From contig JBFMCE010000066.1 of NCBI GenBank assembly GCA_040754655.1, positions 1 to 21,678 on the forward strand: a DNA stretch of 21,678 nucleotides, given 5' to 3'. Below the pieces are notes generated by a model, which was not told the origin of the DNA, searched no databases, and saw nothing but the letters and a program-made list of their open reading frames with translations. Each line of letters begins with the position of its first letter. Position 1 is the first letter of the stretch. Source of the stretch: Bdellovibrionota bacterium. GTDB taxonomy: Bacteria > Bdellovibrionota > UBA1018 > UBA923. Position numbers and translations under genes: made by a program. Below are positions 6,085 to 15,082 of the stretch, piece after piece.

Positions 6085-6214
6085 TTCAAGACGGATGCCA
6101 GATTTTCAGCCAGTAATTTCAACGGTTTGCGAGCGAGGCCCAAAATTGAAAATGTTGAGGGCCTAGTACAAGTGTCGAAACCTTTGACAGGGGCTGCTGT
6201 CAAGCAATGGTACA
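6085..6214 (-). promoter_or_regulatory. putative sigma54 promoter with IHF-like site and tandem enhancer sites
   Basis: Minus strand TGGCATCCGTCTTGAA (6100-6085, GG-N10-GA). TTTCAAcggtTTG (6117-6129, one mismatch to WATCAAN4TTR). TGTC-N9-GACA (6173-6189) and TGTC-N9-TACA (6198-6214). Confidence 0.6.
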
Positions 6215-6227
6215 GCTTAATTTCTTG

Positions 6228-7928
6228 TTATTGGGATGAAGCATGGGCTTGTTTGATGAGATCTTTCGCATGAGCCCTGGATTTTTCGGTAACATTAAGG
6301 CCGCCCAGCATGCGGGCCAGCTCATCCACGCGTTTCTGTCCTTCAAGCAAGGCAACCTGGCTTGAAGTGCGTCCAGAAACCACCTTTTTGCTCACCGAGT
6401 AGTGCGCTCCTGCAAAAGCTGCGACTTGAGGAAGATGGGTAATGCAGATTACCTGGTTGAATTGGGCGACCGATTGCAACTTTCTTCCAACTATTGTTGC
6501 AGTTTGGCCCCCGATCCCTGAGTCGATCTCATCAAAAAGGTAAACACCGATGCCGCCTCGATCGGCCATCGTTCGCCTGATGGCCAACATGACGCGCGAC
6601 ATCTCTCCGCCAGAGGCTATCTTCGCGACGGGTTTCAAACCCTCGCCGGGGTTTGGACTAAATAAAAACTGTATACGATCAACTCCCTCTGGCCCCCACT
6701 GCTCGCTTTCGAGTTGGGTGAACTCGATATCAAAAGAAGTGCCTGGCATCATGAGTTCCCTCAGCTCACTTTGAATGCTTGTCTTGAGGGTCTTCGCAAT
6801 ATTCTTTCTTTTCTTCGAAAGCTCAAGGGCAGCTTCCTGGAAAGATTTCTTCAGCGAAGTCCTTTTCAATTCGAGGTCAGCGATCTTCGACTGCCGGTGA
6901 GCGAGTTCTGAGAACTCTTGCTCGAGCCTTGAGCGTGTCTGCACAATATCTTCAAACGTCATCCCGTACTTGCGTTTGATCTCAGACCACCGAGAGAGTC
7001 TTTCTTCGATCGTTTCAAGCCTTTGTGGGTCGATTTCCAGGTTTGATGCGTATGAGGCGAGTTGGCTAGTGGCTTCTTCGACTTCGAGTTGCGCTCTTCC
7101 AATCGCTTCAATGACTCCTGAGAGAGACGAATCAATCTGAGTGCTTTTCGAAAGTTTTTGGGCCGCTCTTGTCAAGAGGGTTCTGGCGTCGTGTTCTTCA
7201 GAAGAACCTGGGGTCCCTAACAAGGCAAGCGCGTGATCTACTGATTCAATGAGGTTTGTCGCGTTCAATAACTTGCGGCGCTCATTTGTAAGGGCTTCTT
7301 CTTCGCCTTCTTTGGGGTCAAATTCTTCAAGTTCATTTAGCTGAAAGCGCACGAAGTCTTCGTTTCGAGCCCGTTCGCGTTCATCTCCGCCTAGTATTCG
7401 AAGTTCGCTCTCGCAAGAGCGCAACGCCGAGTACAGCTCGCGCACGGCTCGCTTCTTTTCAATGAGTCCTCCGTAACGGTCTAGCAGGTCGAGTTGAAAT
7501 ATCGGTTTTGAAAGGCTTTGGTGTTCGTGCTGCGAACAAAGGTCAACGAGGTTTTCGCAAATATCCGCCAATTGGCTGAGGGTGATGAGTTCGCCGTTCA
7601 AGAAGATCTTGTTCTTGCCGCTTCGGTGGATGGCGCGTTTTACGATGATCTCATGGTCTGCTCGGTGCGTGTCTAACCCATGGGCTTGCAGCTTTTTCTC
7701 AAACGATTCGCTGCGGCCGACATCAAAGAGCGCTTCGACCGTGGCTTCTTCCGAGCCCGTGCGAATGAGCTCGGCCGTCGCTCTGTTGCCTAAGATGAGC
7801 CCAATGGCATCGAGTACGATAGACTTCCCTGCCCCGGTTTCACCTGTGATGGCATTAAGCCCAGCGTGAAATTCAAGTTCCAAGGCATCGATAATGGCAA
7901 AGTTTTTTATACGTAAGAGCCGTAGCAT
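6228..7928 (-). CDS. recN: DNA repair protein RecN
   Basis: Walker A GETGAGKS, QHEHQ, long coiled coil, ASGGEMSR signature, FDEID and ITHLPQVAA. Adjacent to nadK. Confidence 0.96.
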   Translation of the reverse strand: MLRLLRIKNFAIIDALELEFHAGLNAITGETGAGKSIVLDAIGLILGNRATAELIRTGSEEATVEALFDVGRSESFEKKLQAHGLDTHRADHEIIVKRAIHRSGKNKIFLNGELITLSQLADICENLVDLCSQHEHQSLSKPIFQLDLLDRYGGLIEKKRAVRELYSALRSCESELRILGGDERERARNEDFVRFQLNELEEFDPKEGEEEALTNERRKLLNATNLIESVDHALALLGTPGSSEEHDARTLLTRAAQKLSKSTQIDSSLSGVIEAIGRAQLEVEEATSQLASYASNLEIDPQRLETIEERLSRWSEIKRKYGMTFEDIVQTRSRLEQEFSELAHRQSKIADLELKRTSLKKSFQEAALELSKKRKNIAKTLKTSIQSELRELMMPGTSFDIEFTQLESEQWGPEGVDRIQFLFSPNPGEGLKPVAKIASGGEMSRVMLAIRRTMADRGGIGVYLFDEIDSGIGGQTATIVGRKLQSVAQFNQVICITHLPQVAAFAGAHYSVSKKVVSGRTSSQVALLEGQKRVDELARMLGGLNVTEKSRAHAKDLIKQAHASSQ

Positions 7929-7933
7929 CTTAA

Positions 7934-8773
7934 CTAATCACGGTACCCGTATTTGAGCTTTTCCCGCAAGAGCGAATAGTAGTCTCTTTCAAGGGAATGC
8001 AAGATTTTCAAAGGATGCTTCTTATACTTGGTAATCTTGATGACATCACCCGTCTTGATGTCGAGGCTTGTTTGACCATCTAAAGTCAAGATGACCGAAC
8101 CCCCCCGGCAATCGGGCACGAGTTTGATTACTGATGTATCCGGGATGATTAGGGGCCGTAATGTGAGCGAATGCGGGCAAATTGGTGCAATAGCCATAGC
8201 GGGCACGTTAGGAGCAACAATCGGGCCACCTGCTGCGAGGCAGTATGCAGTCGAACCCGTGGGAGTCGAAATAATCAGCCCGTCTGCTTTCATGTTTGTG
8301 ACAAGTAGATCATCGACAAGTACTTGGAGATCGAAGATTCTTGCGATAGCCCCTCTGCTTACTACGATATCGTTGACGATGGGATTTTTAGAGATCAATT
8401 TTCCATTACGCGTCAAAGAGCACTCAAGCATAGTGCGGTGACTGACTTGCAGTTCGCCTTTGAGTGCCGCATGGAGAGCTTGGTACATCTCGGATTTTTT
8501 TACTTCAGTCAAAAAACCTAACTGGCCCATATTCACGCCTAAAAGGGGAACACTGCGCGCAATCATGCGTCGAGCGACGCTAATAAAGGTGCCATCGCCT
8601 CCGAGTACAAGGATCAGGTCGCATTTTTTAATCAAGTCTTCTTTTGAGATTCGCCCGCTGAGGAACACCTTAACCTTCAGTTTTTTAAGAAATGTGGCTG
8701 CATCTGAAGCAAGTTTTCTTGCTTCAGGTAAATTGTGTTTCGTGACAATTCCGACTGTTTTAATTGCAGGCAT
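7934..8773 (-). CDS. nadK: NAD+ kinase
   Basis: LGGDGT, GQLGFL, ND motif, DGLIISTPTGSTAY..AGGP and PICPH. Confidence 0.96.
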   Translation of the reverse strand: MPAIKTVGIVTKHNLPEARKLASDAATFLKKLKVKVFLSGRISKEDLIKKCDLILVLGGDGTFISVARRMIARSVPLLGVNMGQLGFLTEVKKSEMYQALHAALKGELQVSHRTMLECSLTRNGKLISKNPIVNDIVVSRGAIARIFDLQVLVDDLLVTNMKADGLIISTPTGSTAYCLAAGGPIVAPNVPAMAIAPICPHSLTLRPLIIPDTSVIKLVPDCRGGSVILTLDGQTSLDIKTGDVIKITKYKKHPLKILHSLERDYYSLLREKLKYGYRD

Positions 8774-8968
8774 TTTTAGGTGTTCTCTACGTGTATCACT
8801 AAGAAGTATTTTGGACGGGTTTGTTCGTCAATCTTTAATCCCGGCGCAGATAGCATTACGGGCGATTTGTCGATATAGAAACCTGATGAATGGTCTCGTA
8901 TCTTGCTCGCCCGCCTAACCCAAAGGTTGACAAAGATACCCCAGAAAAACTACACCAAAGCTAATAGT

Positions 8969-10366
8969 ATGCCAAAACGATCAAATTCCGACGAACCCGG
9001 TTTGTTTTCCCAAAGTAAAGAAACAACTGAGAGTCTTGAAACCCCTCAAAAAACTCACTTAGCAGGTTCTAGCTCGGGCCCACTGGCCGATCGCATGCGT
9101 CCGACAAGGCTAGAAGAATTCAGAGGCCAAGAGGCGCTGCTTGGCCCCAATGCCCCACTGAGGCGTTCGATAGAAGAAGATCATGTGCATTCTTTCATCC
9201 TCTGGGGACCTCCAGGCACGGGAAAAACAACCCTTGCTCGCATCGTAGCGGAACACACGGAACGTGAGTTCATAGCGCTTTCAGCCGTGATGTCGGGTGT
9301 GCGCGATATCAAAGACTCGGTGGCTCGCGCAAAAGAGCTTCTTCGCATTTCAAGGAAACGCACGATTTTATTTGTCGATGAGATTCACCGCTTCAATAAA
9401 TCGCAGCAAGATGCGCTTTTACCCTACGTCGAAGACGGAACCGTCACATTGATCGGTGCTACCACCGAGAACCCAAGTTTTGAGCTGAACTCCGCGCTCC
9501 TATCGCGTGCGCCGGTTTTTGTTTTAAAGCCCCTCGCAAACGAGGAATTAAAAGCGATCTTAGAGAGAGCGCTGACCGACGCGACAAGAGGCTTGGGCAG
9601 CCTCGGAGTCGAGATGCCCGGCGAGTGGATTGAAGAAATTGTCTCTATCGCCAACGGAGACGCAAGGCGTGCGCTCACTTTGCTTGAGAGAGCGGCGGAT
9701 TATTTGAAATTTTCACGAGAGAAAATTGAATCGACGGGAAACGCCTCTAAAGAGGCTCTTGAGAAGGCCCTAGGCGCTCGAACCATAAGATACGATGCCA
9801 CTGGGGAAGAACACTACAATACCATCTCCGCTTTCATCAAATCCTTGCGCGACAGTGACCCCGATGCCGCTCTCTATTACCTTGCGCGCATGTTGGAAGC
9901 TGGCGAAGATCCGTTGTTCATAGCAAGGCGCATGGTTGTTTTCGCCTCAGAGGATGTCGGCAATGCCGACCCGAGAGCGCTGCAAGTTGCCGTCAATGTT
10001 CGTGACGCAGTGGATTTCGTGGGCATGCCCGAGGCGCGGATCAATCTTGCGCATGCAGTGGCCTACCTGGCGTCGGCGCCCAAAAGCAATGCTTCATATA
10101 TCGGGATTGAAGCGGCGATCGCTGACGTGAAGGCATTCGGCAACCTCGAAATCCCGCTGCATATTCGGAATGCGCCCACTGGACTCATGAAAAACCTAGG
10201 GTATGGGGCTGGCTACAAGTACGCTCACGATTATGAAAGCGCGGCCACCGGGCAAATAAACTTGCCTCAAGAACTGAGCGGAAAGCGGTATTATGATCCT
10301 AAAGGCGCGGGCCTGGAAAAACAAATTCGAGAGCGTCTTGAGTTTTTGCGTGGCAAGCGAAAATAA
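8969..10366 (+). CDS. rarA: replication-associated recombination protein A (MgsA/RarA AAA+ ATPase), probable start ATG 8969
   Basis: PLADRMRP, WGPPGTGKTT, FVDEIHRFNKSQQD, GATTENP, ASEDVGNADP and GYGAGYKYAHD. Confidence 0.95.
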   Translation: MPKRSNSDEPGLFSQSKETTESLETPQKTHLAGSSSGPLADRMRPTRLEEFRGQEALLGPNAPLRRSIEEDHVHSFILWGPPGTGKTTLARIVAEHTEREFIALSAVMSGVRDIKDSVARAKELLRISRKRTILFVDEIHRFNKSQQDALLPYVEDGTVTLIGATTENPSFELNSALLSRAPVFVLKPLANEELKAILERALTDATRGLGSLGVEMPGEWIEEIVSIANGDARRALTLLERAADYLKFSREKIESTGNASKEALEKALGARTIRYDATGEEHYNTISAFIKSLRDSDPDAALYYLARMLEAGEDPLFIARRMVVFASEDVGNADPRALQVAVNVRDAVDFVGMPEARINLAHAVAYLASAPKSNASYIGIEAAIADVKAFGNLEIPLHIRNAPTGLMKNLGYGAGYKYAHDYESAATGQINLPQELSGKRYYDPKGAGLEKQIRERLEFLRGKRK

Positions 10367-10373
10367 AGGCTCG

Positions 10374-10391
10374 ATCGTTTCATGAAACGAT
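10374..10391. terminator. perfect 18-bp palindrome between convergent genes (possible bidirectional terminator)
   Basis: ATCGTTTCATGAAACGAT fills most of the 28-bp gap between the rarA and hypothetical stop codons. No U-tract. Confidence 0.4.
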
Positions 10392-10394
10392 GGC

Positions 10395-10994
10395 TTAGTT
10401 CGCCTTCCAATTTCGAAACAGGGGAAACACGTCGTCTTTCCATTCTTTCAGATTCGAAACGAGGTCTTTTTCGAGAAGCTCCGCCAAGAAGATGTAGTTG
10501 TTCTGTCGTTTGGCGTCCAGCAGATCATTCATGATACTCACCAGAGTAGCCTCGGTCAAACCGATCTTCGGATTAAGGCCTATTCGAAGGGCGAGTTTGA
10601 CTCCGCCGATTGTTTGCACAAATAGATCAAGTCCTTCGATCGACTTGGCAAAGTAAGCGTCACCGGTGATGAGGTTCTTCGCCTTGTAATGAGTCGCGGC
10701 CCTTTCAATGCTGATGACCATGCGATCGATGTACTGTTCGAGGGTATTGAGCGTCTCATAAGCAAGGTCTTGAGGTTTCGCCGTAAAGACATCGATGTCG
10801 CCAAGGTCACCTACGGGCAGGCGCTTCAGGGCGCTTTCGTCAGATTCCGAGATCTCTCTGCCGTTGACGAGAATCGATGAAATGACGAGTTGTTCGGCAT
10901 TGAGGGTCTTATTGAGGTCGCTCACGAAATCTTCAAAAATTATTTGCTCGCTTGATACGGGTTGTTCAACACCGTTAATTCGAATCATTTTCAT
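10395..10994 (-). CDS. conserved hypothetical protein, flagellar-locus associated
   Basis: 199-aa ORF with an ATGA overlap with the GT9 gene. Small beta N-domain (IRINGVE, ILVNGREI) and a helical C-domain ending LLDAKRQNNYIFLAELLEKDL. Confidence 0.75.
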   Translation of the reverse strand: MKMIRINGVEQPVSSEQIIFEDFVSDLNKTLNAEQLVISSILVNGREISESDESALKRLPVGDLGDIDVFTAKPQDLAYETLNTLEQYIDRMVISIERAATHYKAKNLITGDAYFAKSIEGLDLFVQTIGGVKLALRIGLNPKIGLTEATLVSIMNDLLDAKRQNNYIFLAELLEKDLVSNLKEWKDDVFPLFRNWKAN

Positions 10995-12688
10995 CCGTCC
11001 GTCTCCTTGGAGGTTTCTTTATATTTTGCTTTCGAAGAACCGTGATTTGACCGTTTTTCAATGCGCTCTTGGGCTGCAGTCACAGCCGTTTGTAGGAGTT
11101 GTTGAATGATCTCCACGTTCTGAGCCAACTCTCGGTATGCTCCTTCATTCAGTGCGATCACGTCTTCGAGGGCCTCACTGCCATGTTTTTGAGTTCTCGC
11201 TTCCAGCGATGGTGCGTATGCGATGTCTTTCGCAACACTCCAAGTATCGATGAGAGGTTTCACAATGGGAACTGTTTTTTGGAGAGTCACCAGAAGCGAC
11301 TCGATTTCCTGAAGTTTATCAGCCCAATTCTTAAGGCTAACCTTGTTATCAATCTCTTCAAGCATTCGTAGACTGTAGTGCTGACCAAATTCAGCCAGGC
11401 GCCGTATTGTGCAAAGAGCGTCATAAACGACAAGAAGCTGGTCTAGTGCGCCTGTTTGGGCGGAATCTGCAAGCGGTGGGATCTCCGTCTCTTCCTGACG
11501 CCCAGCGCATCTAAACTCAGCCAACAAGTAGTAACTTTTCATGAAGAAGTAAGTGATTTCATTGTTGGAGAAATTTTTAGCAACGAGTTCGTTTCGAAAT
11601 GAACCGTTGTTGCAACGAACCCGCGCGGTGGTCGAATGAGCGACCGAATTTCCAACCTTTTCGCCATTCATCAGTTTCGCGATCTCATCGCCAAGGTGCG
11701 AGGGCGTGGTCGTGACCGGGTAGAGGACGTGATGACCGTCGCCGTAGGGGCCTGTTTCTTCCGGCTTCACTTTGCCTACCACCACTTCGATCACCTTGGC
11801 ACCCGTCAAAGAACTCAAGTGCACGATCGCAGTGTCAGGTGAAACGATCCACTTGCAGCTTCTTATCCATGAGATGTTTTCATGAAATCGCATTTTTCCC
11901 GCCAGAACGTGGATACGTTCTTGGGCAAGCTCGGGCAGTGCGTCTCTTATTCCTGCTATCACCGTGTTGATGGCTGGCAGATCTTTCTCAGAACCAAAAA
12001 AAGCGAGTTCTGAATCCTGGTGCTTGTTGAGGACTGAAAGGCAGACCTGGCTCCAAGCCTCGCAGTGCAAGGTCTTTTCCGGCTCACTTGCAGCCACCTG
12101 AATCCCCACGCGCATTCTCCCTGGGTCGAGCTTTTTCACTTCGAAGGGTTGAGCGGGCTCGTTGATCTCAAGTGGCCATTGATCGGTCTCGATATCTGCA
12201 ACTCTGCAAAACAGATCATTTAAATGCAGGATATTCAGGTTTCTGCCAAGCACTTGGGCGAAAAAGTATTGGCTCCACGCATCCGCGACCACAAGCTCGC
12301 CGCTTGTGGTGCAGAAGAGCCCCTTTCTGGTGGTTGCAGGAATCAAAGCGGAAAGAATCGCGCTAGCCTTTGAGAAGGTAAGGTTCACTAGAAGATCATA
12401 AGGGCTATTCCGCAGAACGCTGTTCGCGAGCCAAGAACCCAGCGACCCAAGAGCTGCGAAGACGCTTTCTTCGCTAGACTTCGAAGCCACGACTGGCTCA
12501 AGAAGCTCTTTTGAGGGCAGTTCAACCAAGTTATCCACATATGGGGATAACCTGGCTGCGTCGGCAAATGTAGCTCGTGTCACCAAGGTGATTTCGCTTT
12601 TCGGGTACTTTTTCTTCAACCCCTGTATCGTGGGAAGCGTCTGGATGACATCGCCAAACCTAGCAAGTTGCAGCACAATGACTTTCAT
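10991..12688 (-). CDS. glycosyltransferase family 9 (heptosyltransferase-like) with long helical C-terminal extension
   Basis: MKVIVLQLARFGDVIQTLP..LKKKYP start, VGIQVAAS..K, VSPDTAIVHL and PEETGPYG. SD AAGGAG at 12695-12700. Confidence 0.85.
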   Translation of the reverse strand: MKVIVLQLARFGDVIQTLPTIQGLKKKYPKSEITLVTRATFADAARLSPYVDNLVELPSKELLEPVVASKSSEESVFAALGSLGSWLANSVLRNSPYDLLVNLTFSKASAILSALIPATTRKGLFCTTSGELVVADAWSQYFFAQVLGRNLNILHLNDLFCRVADIETDQWPLEINEPAQPFEVKKLDPGRMRVGIQVAASEPEKTLHCEAWSQVCLSVLNKHQDSELAFFGSEKDLPAINTVIAGIRDALPELAQERIHVLAGKMRFHENISWIRSCKWIVSPDTAIVHLSSLTGAKVIEVVVGKVKPEETGPYGDGHHVLYPVTTTPSHLGDEIAKLMNGEKVGNSVAHSTTARVRCNNGSFRNELVAKNFSNNEITYFFMKSYYLLAEFRCAGRQEETEIPPLADSAQTGALDQLLVVYDALCTIRRLAEFGQHYSLRMLEEIDNKVSLKNWADKLQEIESLLVTLQKTVPIVKPLIDTWSVAKDIAYAPSLEARTQKHGSEALEDVIALNEGAYRELAQNVEIIQQLLQTAVTAAQERIEKRSNHGSSKAKYKETSKETDG

Positions 12689-12691
12689 TGC

Positions 12692-12802
12692 CTACTCCTT
12701 GCTCTGTGATGAAGGTGTTTGTTGTTCGCTGATGAGTGCATCGAGAAGCTTAAGCAGCAACTGTCGGTCGATGGTTTTTAAAAGCTCTTCTGTTTCTGAC
12801 AT
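12692..12802 (-). CDS. unannotated small protein (36 aa)
   Basis: AAGGAG SD (12811-12816) 8 nt before the ATG. MSETEELLKTIDRQLLLKLLDALISEQQTPSSQSKE*. Fills the TPR-GT9 gap and stops 3 nt before the GT9 start. Confidence 0.65.
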   Translation of the reverse strand: MSETEELLKTIDRQLLLKLLDALISEQQTPSSQSKE

Positions 12803-12836
12803 CAAAACCGCTCCTTGGTTTCGTTAGAACCGAATC

Positions 12837-14015
12837 TTAAACCTTCTTGGTTTGAATAAGCTCTTTCAGTTCTTTTGCTCCGGAATGATTGGGGTTACTG
12901 GCAAGAATCCTCTCTACTTCAGCCGAAGCTCCGGTGAGATTTCCGAGATGATAGAGGATTCCGGCGTAGCTGTATAAGATATTGATGTTGACCGGGTTGG
13001 TGTCGATATATCGCTTGAGGATGTGCGCCGTTTCATCGAATTTCTTGAGGTCATAGGCGCATTTCACGAGGTTGTAAATCGCTCCGAGGTTGTTCAGGTT
13101 AAGCCCTAGGCTCGCGACGAACATCTCATGGGCCTTCGCAAGATTACCTTTGCTCAAATAGACCATTCCCAGTCCGCTAATGGCCTTGTCGTTGGTGGCA
13201 TTGATTTCGAGCGCGCGTTGAAAATGCTTTTGGGCGGCATCCATTTCGTTCTTTTGCAATGCTAGGCTGCCAACGTTCACTTGCAGCACGTCTGAGTTTG
13301 AATTGAGCTCATATGCTTTCCGATAATGGTGTTCGGCTTTCGGGTAATCGCCAAGCCTCGTGAAGCAGTTGCCCAGCGATTTGTGCAGCTCAAATTTTTT
13401 CCCGTCGTCGAGCCCAGTCAGGCCTAGCGCGTGGGAGAGCGTTTTCGACGCCTCTTCATCGCTTCCCAAACGAATATGGATGGCAGCCAGAGCTTGATAA
13501 AATGAAAACTCGGAAGAGTAAGCGATCGCTTCCTGGTAACACCGAATCGCGCGATCAAGCTTGTTTTCCTTCTCATAGGTTCGCGCCATTCCCGCCAGGC
13601 CTTGCGGGATGCGAAGCCCTTTTTGCACCAAGACCTGGTAAATGTTGCGGGCAAGCTCTAAATCGCCATTTTCTTCGAGCAGCCTGGCGTTTTCGACGAG
13701 GAATTCCGGCTCGTACTCGGCGACCTGTCGTTCGGTCGAGATCTTTTCATTAAGCTCAAGGGTTTCATTCACAAGCGAATCAATTGAAAGTTGGGGTTGA
13801 TTCCCCTCGGTCTCAGGGCTTGGAAGGGGCTGAGTCGTTCTCCGGACTCGAACGATGAAATGGGCATAGTTCCCGTCGTCATCAAAGCGGGCCAGCGCTT
13901 CCTCGACGTCTTCGGTTACAAGACCGCTACGACGGTGTGCGGTCGGCAGCTCAACCGCGTCCACGATAAGGTCACTGCTTGCCAACTTTTTGATGCGATC
14001 GACTTCAGCGGACAT
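12837..14015 (-). CDS. tetratricopeptide repeat protein (start revised to ATG 14015)
   Basis: Multiple TPR units, for example LGNCFTRLGDYPKAEHHYRKAYEL and VGSLALQKNEMDAAQKHFQRALEI. Purine-rich RBS GAGGGGGATAAAGGA. Confidence 0.85.
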   Translation of the reverse strand: MSAEVDRIKKLASSDLIVDAVELPTAHRRSGLVTEDVEEALARFDDDGNYAHFIVRVRRTTQPLPSPETEGNQPQLSIDSLVNETLELNEKISTERQVAEYEPEFLVENARLLEENGDLELARNIYQVLVQKGLRIPQGLAGMARTYEKENKLDRAIRCYQEAIAYSSEFSFYQALAAIHIRLGSDEEASKTLSHALGLTGLDDGKKFELHKSLGNCFTRLGDYPKAEHHYRKAYELNSNSDVLQVNVGSLALQKNEMDAAQKHFQRALEINATNDKAISGLGMVYLSKGNLAKAHEMFVASLGLNLNNLGAIYNLVKCAYDLKKFDETAHILKRYIDTNPVNINILYSYAGILYHLGNLTGASAEVERILASNPNHSGAKELKELIQTKKV

Positions 14016-14040
14016 TCCTTTATCCCCCTCGCGAGAGTCA

Positions 14041-14070
14041 AGTATACCAACGACCAAGCGCCGCGGTCAA
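14041..14070 (-). promoter_or_regulatory. putative internal sigma70 promoter for TPR-smORF-GT9-hypothetical
   Basis: Minus strand TTGACC-N18-TATACT with an extended -10 TG (TGgTATACT). Confidence 0.55.
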
Positions 14071-14100
14071 ATGACAATAGGTTGGATGTGGGCTTTGGAC

Positions 14101-14553
14101 TTAGGCTTCCGTGCCTTTCCGTTTCTCAGCGGTTTCGACCGAATCTAAGGGTGAACGATAAGCATTGATGGTCTTTCGGCCGGTTTGGATTTCTTGAAGC
14201 CTTTGAATTGTTTGGCTCTTCAGGCGATCGATGTGGCCGAGGATTTGGAGGTCAATATTGAGGATCGAATGAACGAGGCTGTCTTTCTGGTCGAGCAACT
14301 GGGAAATTTTTGACCGGGTCTCGTCCGAATAAGACTCTTTCAGATTTTCATCCGCACCAGATTCGGCGATCCAAAGGCTGATCTTCGATTCGAGTTCCTC
14401 GATCACTTTTATGAGTTTTTGCCTGCGCCTTTGAAAGTCTTCAAGGTTTTTCGTCTCGCCCTGGGCGATCTCCTCGAGAAAGTACTCGCATAATTTGTAA
14501 AAATTCCTAAAACAGACGTTCTTTCTCTCTAAGAGTTCAACTATATTCGGCAT
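14101..14553 (-). CDS. FliT/FlgN-like flagellar export chaperone
   Basis: All-helical 150-aa protein directly after fliS, with C-terminal GRKTINAY. Assignment rests on position and pattern only. Confidence 0.55.
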   Translation of the reverse strand: MPNIVELLERKNVCFRNFYKLCEYFLEEIAQGETKNLEDFQRRRQKLIKVIEELESKISLWIAESGADENLKESYSDETRSKISQLLDQKDSLVHSILNIDLQILGHIDRLKSQTIQRLQEIQTGRKTINAYRSPLDSVETAEKRKGTEA

Positions 14554-14569
14554 CTTAAAGTCCTCTCAA

Positions 14570-15064
14570 TTACTTCTTGGGTTTGGTTTGGTCCCGTGCC
14601 AGTTTTTCCGCCGTGGCTTCGGTGGTTTGGTTTTGCTTTTCGGTCTGCGCCTGTGGATTGCTTGGCGCGGCATTCGAATTCGTGGCTGTATTCACTTGCT
14701 GTACCGCGATGACCCAACCTTCATACAATGTGTTGAGCAGCTTAAGCGTCTGTTCGAGGCCCTTCGTGTCATTCTTGATGTTTGATTCGGTGATTTGATC
14801 GACCATATAGTTGTACAGCCGTTCTAGCTCTTTGCTGATTTCTCCACCCACATTATGATCGAGGGTCACTGAAAGTTCATTCAAGATGTCTTGAACCTTG
14901 AGGATGTACTTTCCCTTGTCCGAAAGGTTCTTCGTGTTGATGGCGTCGATGGCTTGCCGGCAGAACTTCATGGCTCCTTCGTAAAGCATCAAAAGGATTT
15001 GCCCTCGATTGGCCGTTGTCACGGAAGTTTGCTTATATTTATTCAAGCCGTAGTTGTTTGCCAT
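14570..15064 (-). CDS. fliS: flagellin export chaperone FliS
   Basis: YKQTSVTTA..LLMLYEGA, ELSVTLD..GGEISKELERLYNYM and LYEGW. Downstream of fliD. Confidence 0.95.
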   Translation of the reverse strand: MANNYGLNKYKQTSVTTANRGQILLMLYEGAMKFCRQAIDAINTKNLSDKGKYILKVQDILNELSVTLDHNVGGEISKELERLYNYMVDQITESNIKNDTKGLEQTLKLLNTLYEGWVIAVQQVNTATNSNAAPSNPQAQTEKQNQTTEATAEKLARDQTKPKK

Positions 15065-15082
15065 CTCTGCTCCCTATTTCCG

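Noticed and set aside
6184..6203. TTGACAG/CTGTCAA inverted repeat as the recN terminator
   Set aside because: No U-tract. It is explained by the inner halves of the two tandem enhancer-like sites, though a dual role is not excluded.
5757..6273. Track ORFs 5757-6116 and 6067-6273
   Set aside because: They overlap real genes or regulatory DNA, lack an SD, and have no recognisable protein features.
8891..8906. TGGTCTCGTATCTTGC as a sigma54 promoter for rarA
   Set aside because: GG to GC spacing is 11 nt, and sigma54 requires 10.
8774..8968. SOS/LexA box in the nadK-recN / rarA divergent region
   Set aside because: Expected from gene function, but I see no recognisable LexA motif. TTGACA at 8927-8932 has only a poor -10 partner.
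12588..12827. 79-aa plus-strand ORF in the TPR-GT9 gap
   Set aside because: It is antisense to GT9 and to the SD-supported 36-aa minus-strand ORF.
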